From an uncultured Gammaproteobacteria bacterium (lineage in GTDB: Bacteria > Pseudomonadota > Gammaproteobacteria > GCA-001735895), in NCBI GenBank assembly GCA_964480635.1, contig CAYZQE010000003.1, forward strand, positions 1 through 56,364: a DNA stretch of 56,364 nt, written 5' to 3'. The number at the start of each line of letters is the position of its first letter. Position 1 is the first letter of the stretch. This document shows positions 9,013 through 19,205 of this stretch, piece after piece. The notes under the pieces were generated by a model that did not search any database, was not told where the DNA came from, and was given only the letters and a program-made list of their open reading frames with translations. Made by a program: the position numbers and the translations under genes.

Positions 9013-10579
9013 TAAGTAAGGACATGGTTAGTTTTTTAAATAGACGCCAGTGTTTACCACTGTCTTCTAGTGATATGTTTGTTAGCAACGTTCGAGCCTC
9101 TTTCAGCATGTCTGGGTTGTCTCTAAAGTTTTCATTAGAGAGGATAATCTGCGCTGCATTAAGCACATAGCTGGAATTATTGGGTGCAAGGGTTATTGCT
9201 TCGCGAATTTTTTTGAGAGCTTCGGTCAAATGTCTGGTTTTGGCAAATTCAATGCCTTGTTTGTTTAAAGCAACGGCAGTCAGTTCATTTTCTTTTTGAA
9301 TAATAATGTCTTCTTTTAACGACGCCATTCGTGTTGATAGTTTAGCCAAAACTCTTGGGTTAGCATTTTGTTGTTCCAACTTTTTTAGGTTATCTTTAAT
9401 GTCGTCATATTGTTTATCCGAAATATGACAATTCGGTTTACCTAATGTTGTAGACAGTTTGCTTAAAAATGTTTCAGACTGCTCATTTCTGCCTAAGTCA
9501 GAAAACAGTTGAGCTAATGAGCCTAAGTTAATAGCTAATGCCGATGGAATTGATTGGTATTTATCTTCCATACGTTTTGCTAAAGCTTCTGTTGTAGCAA
9601 GTAAGCGCGCTTGCACCATTTTATTTTCCTTGCTAACAACCGCTAGGGTCGCATCATAATAGTATTGATAATGCTCAGGTTTTAATAGGCAAGAGTGGTG
9701 GCCTTGTGAAATGGTTTTTTCAAAGGCTTGGTGGGCAATGTCATAATGCTGTAAGCCTTGTGCGATTTCACCAAGTTCTACTTGTCGTCTGACAGACTTT
9801 GGAGAAATATTGATGGCTGCTAATAATGATTGTTCTGCTTGATCATTGTTGCCCATCGTTTTTTGGCATTTAGCCATCCAATCCAATACATTAACCTGTT
9901 GCGGATATTCTTTATGCATCTGCTGGAAATGCTCAAGGGCTTTGTCTATATTGCCTAAAGCAAAGTGCATTTTGCCAATGCCTAAAATGGCCCACAATAA
10001 TGCCTGTTGCCCCGATACGTCTTGATAGATCGCCATGGCATGAGCGTATTTCTTTAGAATTTCAAATATTTCAGATTTTATTCTTAAGCAAGAAAATTTA
10101 GTGCGTGGTTCTGCTTCAATGATTGAATCGCATAATGCTAAAGCACTACGGTAATCTTTTTGATTAAAGGCATCATATAATGGCCTTAATTGATTGTTTT
10201 TCTTAATGAGTCTATTTAAACGTTGTCCCAGCTCTTCGTTGGTAAACGGCTTTGTTAAATAAGAATCAGGACGATACTCAATGGCTGCCATTACTTGAAT
10301 GCTGGTTGTTTCAGCCGTCGCCATCAAAAATAACACACCTTTTAATAAGATATCTCTTTCATGCAGCTCCTCTAAAAATTGTTGCCCATCTTGACCTTCA
10401 CCAAGATTGTAGTCGCATAAAATAATGTCATAGTTATTTTCCATGCACAGCTTTAACGCCTTAGCGCCATTATTGGCTTGGTCTATATCCAGTGTGCCTA
10501 AGCGCATTAACATGGCTTTTAGCGTTTGACGAAATTGGGCAAAGTCATCAATGATAAGAATTTTTAAGTTTTTTAACAA
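9002..10579 (-). CDS. Response regulator: REC domain plus TPR repeats
   Basis: ILIIDD, IILCDYNLG, YLTKPF, then helical TPR repeats. TTG start; overlaps the kinase gene. Confidence 0.85.
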   Translation of the reverse strand: MLKNLKILIIDDFAQFRQTLKAMLMRLGTLDIDQANNGAKALKLCMENNYDIILCDYNLGEGQDGQQFLEELHERDILLKGVLFLMATAETTSIQVMAAIEYRPDSYLTKPFTNEELGQRLNRLIKKNNQLRPLYDAFNQKDYRSALALCDSIIEAEPRTKFSCLRIKSEIFEILKKYAHAMAIYQDVSGQQALLWAILGIGKMHFALGNIDKALEHFQQMHKEYPQQVNVLDWMAKCQKTMGNNDQAEQSLLAAINISPKSVRRQVELGEIAQGLQHYDIAHQAFEKTISQGHHSCLLKPEHYQYYYDATLAVVSKENKMVQARLLATTEALAKRMEDKYQSIPSALAINLGSLAQLFSDLGRNEQSETFLSKLSTTLGKPNCHISDKQYDDIKDNLKKLEQQNANPRVLAKLSTRMASLKEDIIIQKENELTAVALNKQGIEFAKTRHLTEALKKIREAITLAPNNSSYVLNAAQIILSNENFRDNPDMLKEARTLLTNISLEDSGKHWRLFKKLTMSLLNAN

Positions 10580-10748
10580 ATCATGCCTGTGATAAATGAA
10601 TGGGCTTTATTGAGTCGAGTTACATTTTATGAGTGCAATTTAGAGTATAGATTGATATTGGTAGAAGTATAGGGAGTAGAAAAACCATGCGATTCAAGCG
10701 ATATTTTAAAGACGAGAGAAGCGCATGAAAGTGACTCAACAATGATTG

Positions 10749-11711
10749 TTAAATAACAAAATTAGGGTTTTTAGGTAAGTTTTTTGGTTTGTATTTTGGA
10801 TTGTTATCCATGCGGTTTTTCACGCTAATGTGAACCAAAGAGGCATCACTTATTTTTCTAATGTGTGAGCCTCTAAAGCGCCAAAACCCTTTGTATTCTT
10901 CATGCTGTTTGTCGAGCGGGTCTTCGATAAAATCGCCCAGTTTGTTAGAATCTATTTGCATGCCACATGCTAATGCTTTTTTAAGCATCCACTGTAGTGA
11001 TATATTAGCTAGGCCGCGCTCTTTATACCATCCACCCACATCGGCATGCACGCCTGCAAACCAAACTTGCTCGATTGTTTGTCCATCAGCCAGTGCGCTT
11101 TCATCCCATAAACATTCTGGAAAGTCTTTTCTTTTTTCGTCAATTGACATGGCGTGGTAACCAAATGAAACTTCAGCGTTTAGAGTGGCATCATGAAATT
11201 TTTTATTAGCGTTTAATACCAAAGATTTAACCGTGTCCCAAACACCGATGAAATGAACAGGGCATGGTCGACTGAAGGTGGCTTTAAAGCCTTCGGCAGT
11301 TTTTGCATTGTTTTTTGAATTATACATTTTAGAGGCATATTCAACCATGTTGTCATTATCACTTCTCAGTAAGCCACATTTATGTAACATGCCTGCTAAT
11401 GAGCGCGCGGTAAAGGCACCTCGACTAAAACCAAACAGGTACACTTTGTCGCCTGTTTCATAGCATTCCATTAAAAATTGATACGCATCTAAAACATTTT
11501 TTTGTAAGCCATGGCCTGTCGCGCTGTCTGATTTGGCAGCCAAGCCTCCCGTGCTGTCATCATATTCCCATCCTCCCGTGCCAACCCCAGGGTCATAATA
11601 CACCGTTTGAGTGTTGTTTTTTAAAGCGAGAGCGTAGGTTTCAACGACATTAGTATTATTTTTTCCATATTCATTGCCAGTACCATCACAGCATATAATA
11701 ATATTTTTCAT
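10749..11711 (-). CDS. DUF2235 (Tle1-like catalytic domain) alpha/beta hydrolase
   Basis: IIICCDGTGN, YYDPGVGT, GFSRGAFTARSLAG, FIGVWDTV, QVWFAGVHADVGG. Confidence 0.9.
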   Translation of the reverse strand: MKNIIICCDGTGNEYGKNNTNVVETYALALKNNTQTVYYDPGVGTGGWEYDDSTGGLAAKSDSATGHGLQKNVLDAYQFLMECYETGDKVYLFGFSRGAFTARSLAGMLHKCGLLRSDNDNMVEYASKMYNSKNNAKTAEGFKATFSRPCPVHFIGVWDTVKSLVLNANKKFHDATLNAEVSFGYHAMSIDEKRKDFPECLWDESALADGQTIEQVWFAGVHADVGGWYKERGLANISLQWMLKKALACGMQIDSNKLGDFIEDPLDKQHEEYKGFWRFRGSHIRKISDASLVHISVKNRMDNNPKYKPKNLPKNPNFVI

Positions 11712-11732
11712 AAAAGTCTCCTTGAGATGTTT

Positions 11733-13241
11733 TTATTGATCAATGAATCTTGCGGCAGTGCGTAGCACCGTTGCCTCGGCTATGTGTTGCTGAGTAATGT
11801 TGTTGATGTTAGCTAAGTCAGCAATGGTTCTAGCCAATTTTAATAAGCGGTGGTAACTACGTGCTGACAGTTTAAGCTTAGTCATAGTTAGGGCTAATAG
11901 TTTTTTTGAACCATCATCTAAGTCGCAATGTAGCTCTATTTGCTTGGTGTTAAGCAAATGATTGAGACAGCCTTGACGCGTGAGTTGTACTTTTTGAGCC
12001 TGAATAACACGGTGTTTAATAATGGCACTGCTTTCTTCTTTTAGGTGCTTGTGGTTTAGTAACAGTGCTTGATCAAGTTTGGGTAATTCTATTTGAATAT
12101 CAATGCGGTCTAAAAAAGGGGCAGACAGTTTGTTTTTATAACGATTCAGTTGTTCATTGCTGCAACGACAGCTTTGTAAGCTGTCACAACCAGCAGGACA
12201 GGGGTTCATCGCGGCAATGAGCTGAAACCGCGCTGGGTATTCGGCTTGGCGTGCTGCCCTTGAAATGTGAATTTTTCCTGTTTCTAAAGGCTCTCTGAGT
12301 ACATCTAATGTTTTGCGATCAAACTCAGTCAGCTCATCTAAAAATAAAACACCGTTGTGCGCTAAAGAAATTTCACCCGGTTTAGCCTGCGCGCCGCCGC
12401 CGACTAATGCGATGCCAGACACCGTATGGTGAGGTGTTCTGAAAATACGCTGCCGCCACTGTTTAGGGTTGAACCCTTGTTGGCTAATAGAATGCACACT
12501 CGCTGTTTCGATGGCTTCTTTTTCACTCATCTCGGGCAACAGAGTATTTAATCTTTGAGCTAACATGCTTTTACCCGTACCCGGCGGCCCCATCATTAAC
12601 ATGTGATGACCGCCTGCGGCAGCAATCTCTAACGCTCTTTTGGCTTGGGGCTGCCCAATCACATCATCCATATCAAGAAGATGCATAGGCTGAGTGACGT
12701 GACTTTTGGCCTCGATGTGCTTTAGCGGAGCATTGGCATTAAAGAAGGCGCATAACTGAATAAGGTTGTCGGCACTATAGATATCGCTGTTGCTAAGTAG
12801 TTCGGCTTCTTGTTGGTTGGCGCTGGGCAAAATAATTTTTTTGGCGTGTTGGGTGCTTTCTAACAGCGCAGGGATAATGCCATTGACTGCGCGTAAGTCA
12901 CCACCTAGCGACAGCTCACCGTAAAAATCGTAATGTTCTAAATTTTGTGAATTAAGTTGTTTCGATGTGGCTAAAATACCTAAAGCAATAGCCAGATCAT
13001 AGCGCCCGCCTTCTTTAGGTAATTCGGCGGGTGCTAGGTTAATGGTGATGCGTCGAGCAGGGAATTCAAACCCTGAATTGATAATGGCAGAGCGCACTCT
13101 ATCACGGCTTTCACGCACTGCCGCTTCGGGTAACCCAACAATGGTAAAGGCAGGTAAGCCATTAGAGAGGTGAACTTCAACGCTTACCTGAGGTGCGTTA
13201 ATGCCATTTTCGGCTCTAGTGTTTAAAACAACCAGTGACAT
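11733..13241 (-). CDS. comM: ComM/YifB Mg-chelatase-like AAA+ ATPase
   Basis: VEVHLSNGLPAFTIVGLPE, GPPGTGKS, PGEISLAHNGVLFLDE, LSARSYHR. Confidence 0.93.
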   Translation of the reverse strand: MSLVVLNTRAENGINAPQVSVEVHLSNGLPAFTIVGLPEAAVRESRDRVRSAIINSGFEFPARRITINLAPAELPKEGGRYDLAIALGILATSKQLNSQNLEHYDFYGELSLGGDLRAVNGIIPALLESTQHAKKIILPSANQQEAELLSNSDIYSADNLIQLCAFFNANAPLKHIEAKSHVTQPMHLLDMDDVIGQPQAKRALEIAAAGGHHMLMMGPPGTGKSMLAQRLNTLLPEMSEKEAIETASVHSISQQGFNPKQWRQRIFRTPHHTVSGIALVGGGAQAKPGEISLAHNGVLFLDELTEFDRKTLDVLREPLETGKIHISRAARQAEYPARFQLIAAMNPCPAGCDSLQSCRCSNEQLNRYKNKLSAPFLDRIDIQIELPKLDQALLLNHKHLKEESSAIIKHRVIQAQKVQLTRQGCLNHLLNTKQIELHCDLDDGSKKLLALTMTKLKLSARSYHRLLKLARTIADLANINNITQQHIAEATVLRTAARFIDQ

Positions 13242-13281
13242 GATGCATCCATTGCGGTGTTTCCATAAAGGTTAAAAAAGT

Positions 13282-13518
13282 TTATTTGGCGAGTTCTTCA
13301 ATGCGTTTTTCGAGTGCATCTAATTTGGCTCTAGTTCGCGCTAGTACTTTGGTTTGAATATCAAATTCTTCGCGAGTGACCAGTTCGAGTTTACTGAGTT
13401 GTTGCATCAAAACTGCTTTTACTTTTTCTTCAATATCATCTTTTATTTTATCAAAGCCCGGTGGTAATAGGGATGAAATCTTGTCTGCCATACTATTTAT
13501 CTGTTGTGAATCAATCAT
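13282..13518 (-). CDS. ubiK: Ubiquinone biosynthesis accessory factor UbiK (YqiC)
   Basis: LSKLELVTREEFDIQTKVLARTRAKLDALEKRI. Start moved to MIDSQ at 13518 (SD AAGGGG). Confidence 0.88.
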   Translation of the reverse strand: MIDSQQINSMADKISSLLPPGFDKIKDDIEEKVKAVLMQQLSKLELVTREEFDIQTKVLARTRAKLDALEKRIEELAK

Positions 13519-13536
13519 TTTTTGCCCCTTATTAAT

Positions 13537-13624
13537 GCACCAAAGAAGGGATTTCTCGCTATTTTGGTGCGAATACATGTGGTTATAGACAGCATAAGCG
13601 CTCTTTATGTTCATTTTTGGTGCT
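13537..13624. promoter_or_regulatory. Putative NtrC-type binding sites upstream of glnK
   Basis: TGCACCA at 13537, CGCTATTTTGGTGC at 13557-13570 and TTTTGGTGCT near 13615; half-sites resemble TGCACCA-N3-TGGTGCA. Confidence 0.6.
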
Positions 13625-13684
13625 AACCTTATTATTTCGTTAAGGTGCGTCTACAAATATTGATTGATAGAGTATACGTCATAA

Positions 13685-14068
<384 letters not shown>

Positions 14069-14086
14069 CCCTTAGAGGTATTTATA

Positions 14087-15370
14087 ATGGAAGATCAAAT
14101 TTTTCAATTGCAATATGCAATGGATACATTTTACTTTTTAGTTTCTGGCGCATTAGTTATGTGGATGGCGGCTGGCTTTTCAATGTTAGAAGCAGGTCTT
14201 GTTCGCTCTAAAAATACGACTGAAATTTTAACAAAAAACGTCGCTCTATACGCAATTTCATGCACCATGTATTTAATCGTTGGTTATGAAATCATGTATG
14301 GCGGCGGTTTCTTTTTAGAAGGCATTGCATTGGATGGTGCCGATAATGCTGAGGCTCTTACAGCAGCAGTGTTAGCTGAATCAGCTGAAGCGGGTTTTGA
14401 CGGCGGAGCTGTTTATTCAAATGCGTCTGACTTTTTCTTCCAAGTTGTGTTTGTTGCAACCGCGATGTCAATCGTATCGGGTGCTGTTGCAGAACGCATG
14501 AAGCTTATGTCTTTCTTAGTATTTGCCGTTGTTATGACGGGTTTCATTTACCCAATGGAAGGTTCTTGGACTTGGGGCGGTGATTCTGTTTTCGGCCTAT
14601 TTAACTTAGGTGATGATTACGGGTTCTCTGACTTTGCAGGTTCTGGTATCGTACATATGGCTGGTGCAACAGCAGCGCTTGCTGGTGTTATCTTACTGGG
14701 TGCTCGTAAAGGCAAGTATGGCCCTGACGGTCAAATTAAAGCAATTCCTGGTGCTAACTTACCTTTGGCAACATTAGGTACATTCATCTTATGGATGGGT
14801 TGGTTTGGCTTTAACGGTGGTTCTGTATTAAAGCTAGGTGATGTTGCGAGTGCAAACTCAGTTGCAATGGTCTTTTTAAATACCAATGCTGCCGCTGCTG
14901 GCGGTGTTATTGCTGCTTTACTTGTTGCTAAATTGTTGTTTGGCAAAGCTGACTTAACCATGTGCTTAAACGGTGCATTAGCTGGTTTAGTTGCCATTAC
15001 TGCTGAGCCTTCAACGCCTTCACCATTAGAAGCGACTTTAATCGGTGCTTTCGGTGGTATGATTGTTGTATTTTCAATTATAGCATTAGATAAAATTAAA
15101 ATTGACGATCCAGTTGGCGCGATTTCTGTCCACGGAGTGGTTGGTTTCTGGGGTGTAATGGCTGTGCCATTAACTAACTCTGGAACTAACTTCTTAGGTC
15201 AGTTTATAGGTGCTGCAACTATCTTTATCTGGGTATTCGGTGCTTCATTCATCACTTGGTTTATTATCAAGATGGTTATGGGTATTAGAGTGACAGCAGA
15301 AGAAGAATACGAAGGTGTGGATATATCAGAATGTGGTATGGAAGCTTATCCTGAGTTTGGTACTAAATAA
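14087..15370 (+). CDS. amtB: Ammonium transporter
   Basis: GFSMLEAG, SGAVAER, DFAGSGIVH, WFGFNGGS, DDPVGAISVHG. Confidence 0.96.
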   Translation: MEDQIFQLQYAMDTFYFLVSGALVMWMAAGFSMLEAGLVRSKNTTEILTKNVALYAISCTMYLIVGYEIMYGGGFFLEGIALDGADNAEALTAAVLAESAEAGFDGGAVYSNASDFFFQVVFVATAMSIVSGAVAERMKLMSFLVFAVVMTGFIYPMEGSWTWGGDSVFGLFNLGDDYGFSDFAGSGIVHMAGATAALAGVILLGARKGKYGPDGQIKAIPGANLPLATLGTFILWMGWFGFNGGSVLKLGDVASANSVAMVFLNTNAAAAGGVIAALLVAKLLFGKADLTMCLNGALAGLVAITAEPSTPSPLEATLIGAFGGMIVVFSIIALDKIKIDDPVGAISVHGVVGFWGVMAVPLTNSGTNFLGQFIGAATIFIWVFGASFITWFIIKMVMGIRVTAEEEYEGVDISECGMEAYPEFGTK

Positions 15371-15390
15371 GTCTTACTTTTAAAGGCTTT

Positions 15391-15420
15391 AAAAAAGGGT
15401 GCTTAGGCACCCTTTTTTTT
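15391..15420. terminator. Bidirectional Rho-independent terminator
   Basis: A6-GGGTGC-TTAG-GCACCC-T8 between convergent genes. Confidence 0.9.
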
Positions 15421-15453
15421 GCCTGTATGTTTTAATGATTTCAGAGTAATTTA

Positions 15454-16107
15454 TTACTGTTTAGAGAAATATAACTCACCAAAATAAGACACCGTTTCAT
15501 CGTGGCTATTGTCAGTATCAGCCATGATTGCTATGCCATCTATTTCATTAATGTCCTCTCCAAAAGCTAATTTAAAGTCTTTAGCGAGATCTCGCTTTTC
15601 TTTAAACCATACGTTTTGAGGGTCATTTTTTGATCTAATCGCAATCATCATAGCGTTATCAGGTGCAAAAGCATTGGGCCAAACTGATTCAATGGCTTCG
15701 TGCTTAGCCCATACATAATTGAGTGCTTTGGTATTCCAAAAAAAGAATCCCCCGTCTTTAATAATATAAATACGCGCACTGTAATCATCACCCTGTTTTG
15801 TCTTTTCATCACCAACATTTAATTGTGTTGTTGTCTTCCAGCTCCAATTTAAATAAGGGTATTCAACAAGGTCTATTGTTTGTTCTTTAAATAACCCAGA
15901 CGCGCTGTTCTTGGTGTGTGCTTGTAAAACCGTCGTATCACCTTCTTTAACAAAGCTATAAACAGTCAGGTTTTTAAATTCTTTTTCATTCCAGCCATCT
16001 AGGTTTTGTTTTGAGAATTGGCTCATGGGCAGTTGCTCATTCGCTAAAGCAGATGATAGAAAAACGCACAATGCGGAAGTTGTTAGTATTGTTTGTAGTG
16101 GTGTCAT
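15454..16107 (-). CDS. DUF3047-domain exported protein
   Basis: Signal peptide; PYLNWSW, GDDYSARIY, LNYVW, WF.EKRDLAKDF, IAIMADTDNS. Confidence 0.85.
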   Translation of the reverse strand: MTPLQTILTTSALCVFLSSALANEQLPMSQFSKQNLDGWNEKEFKNLTVYSFVKEGDTTVLQAHTKNSASGLFKEQTIDLVEYPYLNWSWKTTTQLNVGDEKTKQGDDYSARIYIIKDGGFFFWNTKALNYVWAKHEAIESVWPNAFAPDNAMMIAIRSKNDPQNVWFKEKRDLAKDFKLAFGEDINEIDGIAIMADTDNSHDETVSYFGELYFSKQ

Positions 16108-16178
16108 ATGAAAACTCTTTTTTGGTAAGTTATGTAGACCATAGGTGTTTTAAAATAATTCAATAAATTAAAATTTCA

Positions 16179-16206
16179 TTGACATACATACCGGTCGGTA
16201 TATATT
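16179..16206 (+). promoter_or_regulatory. Sigma70 promoter with a TetR-type operator in the spacer
   Basis: TTGACA 16179, 16-nt spacer, TATATT. Imperfect palindrome ATACCGGTCGGTAT at 16188-16201. Confidence 0.7.
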
Positions 16207-16239
16207 GCATACTTGTTGGTATGTTTTGGTGGAAGTCAG

Positions 16240-16878
16240 ATGAACTCGAATGACACAAATTATTGGTGGCGTGATTTAAAAACAGATGTCAGTGACATGG
16301 ATACGCGGGAGCGATTGTTACTAGCAGCTTATCAAGAGATGCATTTGCATGGTTTTCAGGCATCTGGGTTAGCGCAAATTTTAGACCGTGCTGGCGTTAC
16401 TAAAGGAGCGTTATATCATCACTTTAAAAATAAATCTGAGCTAGGGCATGCAGTGATTGATGAGATTATTGCAGGTCAAGTTTTGCAAGGTTTTATAAGG
16501 CCTTTAGATGAGGTTGAAAACCCCATTGATGGCTTAATTGCCCTGATAAACGGTGCGGGTGAATCATTTACGCTGGAGGATATTGGCTTAGGTTGCCCAT
16601 TAAATTCTTTAGCGCAAGAGATGGCTCCCATTGATGATGTTTTTCGATTAAAACTGAATGCTATTTATGAATTGTGGATTGATTATATGCGGGAATTATT
16701 AGCCAAAGGGCAAGATGATGGTTTCGTCAATAAAGAGCTTGATTGCAAGCAGATGGCGGTATTGATTGTCGCCACATTGGAGGGTTGCTTGAGTGCAGCC
16801 AAAGTATCACAAAATTTAGACAGCTTGCAGCAATGTGGTGCAGGCTTGATTCAGCATTTAAACTTTATAAGAGCATAA
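16240..16878 (+). CDS. TetR/AcrR family transcriptional regulator
   Basis: TRERLLLAA...GFQASGLAQILDRAGVTKGALYHHFKNKSEL; GCPLNSL. Start uncertain (16240 or 16297). Confidence 0.92.
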   Translation: MNSNDTNYWWRDLKTDVSDMDTRERLLLAAYQEMHLHGFQASGLAQILDRAGVTKGALYHHFKNKSELGHAVIDEIIAGQVLQGFIRPLDEVENPIDGLIALINGAGESFTLEDIGLGCPLNSLAQEMAPIDDVFRLKLNAIYELWIDYMRELLAKGQDDGFVNKELDCKQMAVLIVATLEGCLSAAKVSQNLDSLQQCGAGLIQHLNFIRA

Positions 16879-16895
16879 CGCAGAGAGATTTTACT

Positions 16896-19205
16896 ATGGC
16901 GACGTCATTTGCAGAATTTATAACTAAATATCGTTGGTGGGCAATTTTATTTTCATTAGCAGTCGTTTTTAGCCTTGGTGCAGGGATTAAAAATTTAACC
17001 TTTACTAATGATTATCGCGTCTTTTTTGGGCCAGAAAACCCCCAGCTGTTGGCTTTTGAAGAGTTACAAGATACCTATTCAAAAAACGATAATGTGATGA
17101 TGATTTTAGTGCCTAAAGATGGCGATGCTTTTAGTGCAGAAAGCATTCAAGCCACTCATTGGTTAACCGCAGAAGCATGGAAAACACCCTATTCAGCCCG
17201 TGTCGATTCGATCACAAATTTTCAACATACCAAGGCAGAAGGTGATGATTTAATTGTTGAGGATTTAATTTATGACGATGTTGAGCTAACTAAGGATGTT
17301 TTAGCAACCGCTAAAAGTATCGCATTGAAAGAACCCTTGTTGATTAACCGTTTAATTTCGCCAAGTGCTCATGTTTCTGGTATTAACATTACGATTAATC
17401 TTAAAGGAGAGAATGTCACTAAAGAAAACCCAGAAGTCGTCAACTATATTCGTGATCTTAGAATGCAGTTTACTCAAAAGTTCCCACGTATTGAAATGAA
17501 GTTAACGGGCATTATCTTTATGAATGCCGCCTTTTCCGAAGCAAGTCTATATGACATGAAGAATTTGGTGCCCTTTATGTTTCTTATGTTTTTGTTTGTT
17601 TTATACCTATGGATAAGGGGTTTAAGTGGCACCATAGCAACATTTTTGGTTGTTCTCTTTTCCATCATTGGTGCTTTAGGAACAGCAGGTTGGGTAGGTA
17701 TATCGCTCACACCGCCTTCATTCTCGGCGATCATGATTATTCCGACCATGGCAATAGCTGACAGCGTGCATATTTTAATGAATTTTTTGCAGTCGATGAA
17801 ACGCGGTGAAGATAAGCAAGCGGCGATGATTGAAAGTATTCGCGTTAATTTACAGCCCGTTTTCCTCACTAGCTTAACCACTGGTATTGGTTTTTTAAGT
17901 ATGAATTTTAGTGATTCACCGCCATTTCATGACTTAGGTAATATTGTTGCTTTTGGTGTTGTTATGGCTTTCTTTTTAAGTGTTGTATTTTTACCTGCGC
18001 TCATGATGGTGCTCCCTGTTCGTGTCAAGGTGGATGAATCTAAAGCCAGTGATATGATGGTGTCTTTAGGTGAATGGGTAATAAAAAAGCGAGGCATGCT
18101 GTTAGTGGTCATGGCGGTATTTACCGTTATTATGCTGTCTTTTATTCCTAAAAATGAGCTCAATGATGAGTTTGTAAAATACTTTAGTGAGGAAATAGAA
18201 TTTCGCCGCGATTCTGATTTTGCATCCGAAAACCTAAGTGGTTTGTATTTGGTTGACTACTCATTAGATTCTGGAGAGTCTGGTGCAGTGAGCGACCCGC
18301 AATTTATGCAAACGGTAGAAGACTTTGCCAATTGGTATCGTGCTCAGCCAGAAGTGATTCATGTGAACGTACTAACCGATGTGTTTAAGCGTTTAAACAG
18401 AAGTATGCATGGTGACGATGACGCTTATTATAAATTACCCGAAACCAGAGAGCTAGCAGCGCAGTATTTATTGCTCTATGAAATGTCACTGCCATATGGT
18501 TTAGATTTAAATAATCAGGTCAATATTGATAAAGCATCAACGCGCATGACGGTTATGATGTATAACATATCAACATCAGAAGTGCTTGAATTAGAGCAAA
18601 GAGCATTAGGTTGGTTAACTGAAAACGCTCGTGTCAGTATGCAAAAAACAGGTGCTAGCCCTACTGTTATGTTTAGCCATATTGGTTATAGAAATGTTCG
18701 TAGTATGTTGTTTGGAACCTTTATTGCTTTAATTCTCATCTCATTCATCTTAATTTTTGCACTAAAATCTGTAAAAATTGGCTTGTTAAGCCTAATTCCC
18801 AATTTAATCCCAGCAGGGTTAGCTTTTGGTTTATGGGGTATTAGTAATGGTCAGGTTGGTATGGGGTTATCGGTCGTAACGGGCATGACACTAGGCATTG
18901 TGGTGGATGACACGGTACACTTTTTAAGTAAATATATGCGTGCAAGACGTGAAAAAGGCCTGTCAGCGGAAGATGCGGTACGCTATGCCTTTAGAACCGT
19001 AGGGCTTGCCTTGGTGGTGACCTCATTTGTTTTGGCAGCAGGCTTTATCGTGTTATCAATGTCGGCTTTTAATATGAATGCTGACATGGCAATTTTAACG
19101 GCCTTTACCATTGTGTTTGCCATTTTAGCTGATTTTTTATTATTACCACCATTATTGATGAAACTTGATAAAGACGATTCATCACTGGAGAAAACCAATG
19201 CTTAA
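16896..19205 (+). CDS. MMPL/RND family transporter
   Basis: Two TM bundles separated by periplasmic loops; IAIADSVH-like and GIVVDDTVHF motifs. Start moved to MATSF. Confidence 0.88.
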   Translation: MATSFAEFITKYRWWAILFSLAVVFSLGAGIKNLTFTNDYRVFFGPENPQLLAFEELQDTYSKNDNVMMILVPKDGDAFSAESIQATHWLTAEAWKTPYSARVDSITNFQHTKAEGDDLIVEDLIYDDVELTKDVLATAKSIALKEPLLINRLISPSAHVSGINITINLKGENVTKENPEVVNYIRDLRMQFTQKFPRIEMKLTGIIFMNAAFSEASLYDMKNLVPFMFLMFLFVLYLWIRGLSGTIATFLVVLFSIIGALGTAGWVGISLTPPSFSAIMIIPTMAIADSVHILMNFLQSMKRGEDKQAAMIESIRVNLQPVFLTSLTTGIGFLSMNFSDSPPFHDLGNIVAFGVVMAFFLSVVFLPALMMVLPVRVKVDESKASDMMVSLGEWVIKKRGMLLVVMAVFTVIMLSFIPKNELNDEFVKYFSEEIEFRRDSDFASENLSGLYLVDYSLDSGESGAVSDPQFMQTVEDFANWYRAQPEVIHVNVLTDVFKRLNRSMHGDDDAYYKLPETRELAAQYLLLYEMSLPYGLDLNNQVNIDKASTRMTVMMYNISTSEVLELEQRALGWLTENARVSMQKTGASPTVMFSHIGYRNVRSMLFGTFIALILISFILIFALKSVKIGLLSLIPNLIPAGLAFGLWGISNGQVGMGLSVVTGMTLGIVVDDTVHFLSKYMRARREKGLSAEDAVRYAFRTVGLALVVTSFVLAAGFIVLSMSAFNMNADMAILTAFTIVFAILADFLLLPPLLMKLDKDDSSLEKTNA

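Noticed and set aside
11716-11725. GTCTCCTTGA matching the end of the MITE-like element
   Set aside because: It is the Shine-Dalgarno of the DUF2235 gene, with no further similarity.
16743-16895. Long N-terminal extensions called by the ORF track (MMPL; also ubiK, DUF1127, hybrid kinase, nirB, transporter)
   Set aside because: They overlap neighbouring genes or repeats; downstream ATGs fit the SD position or family length better.
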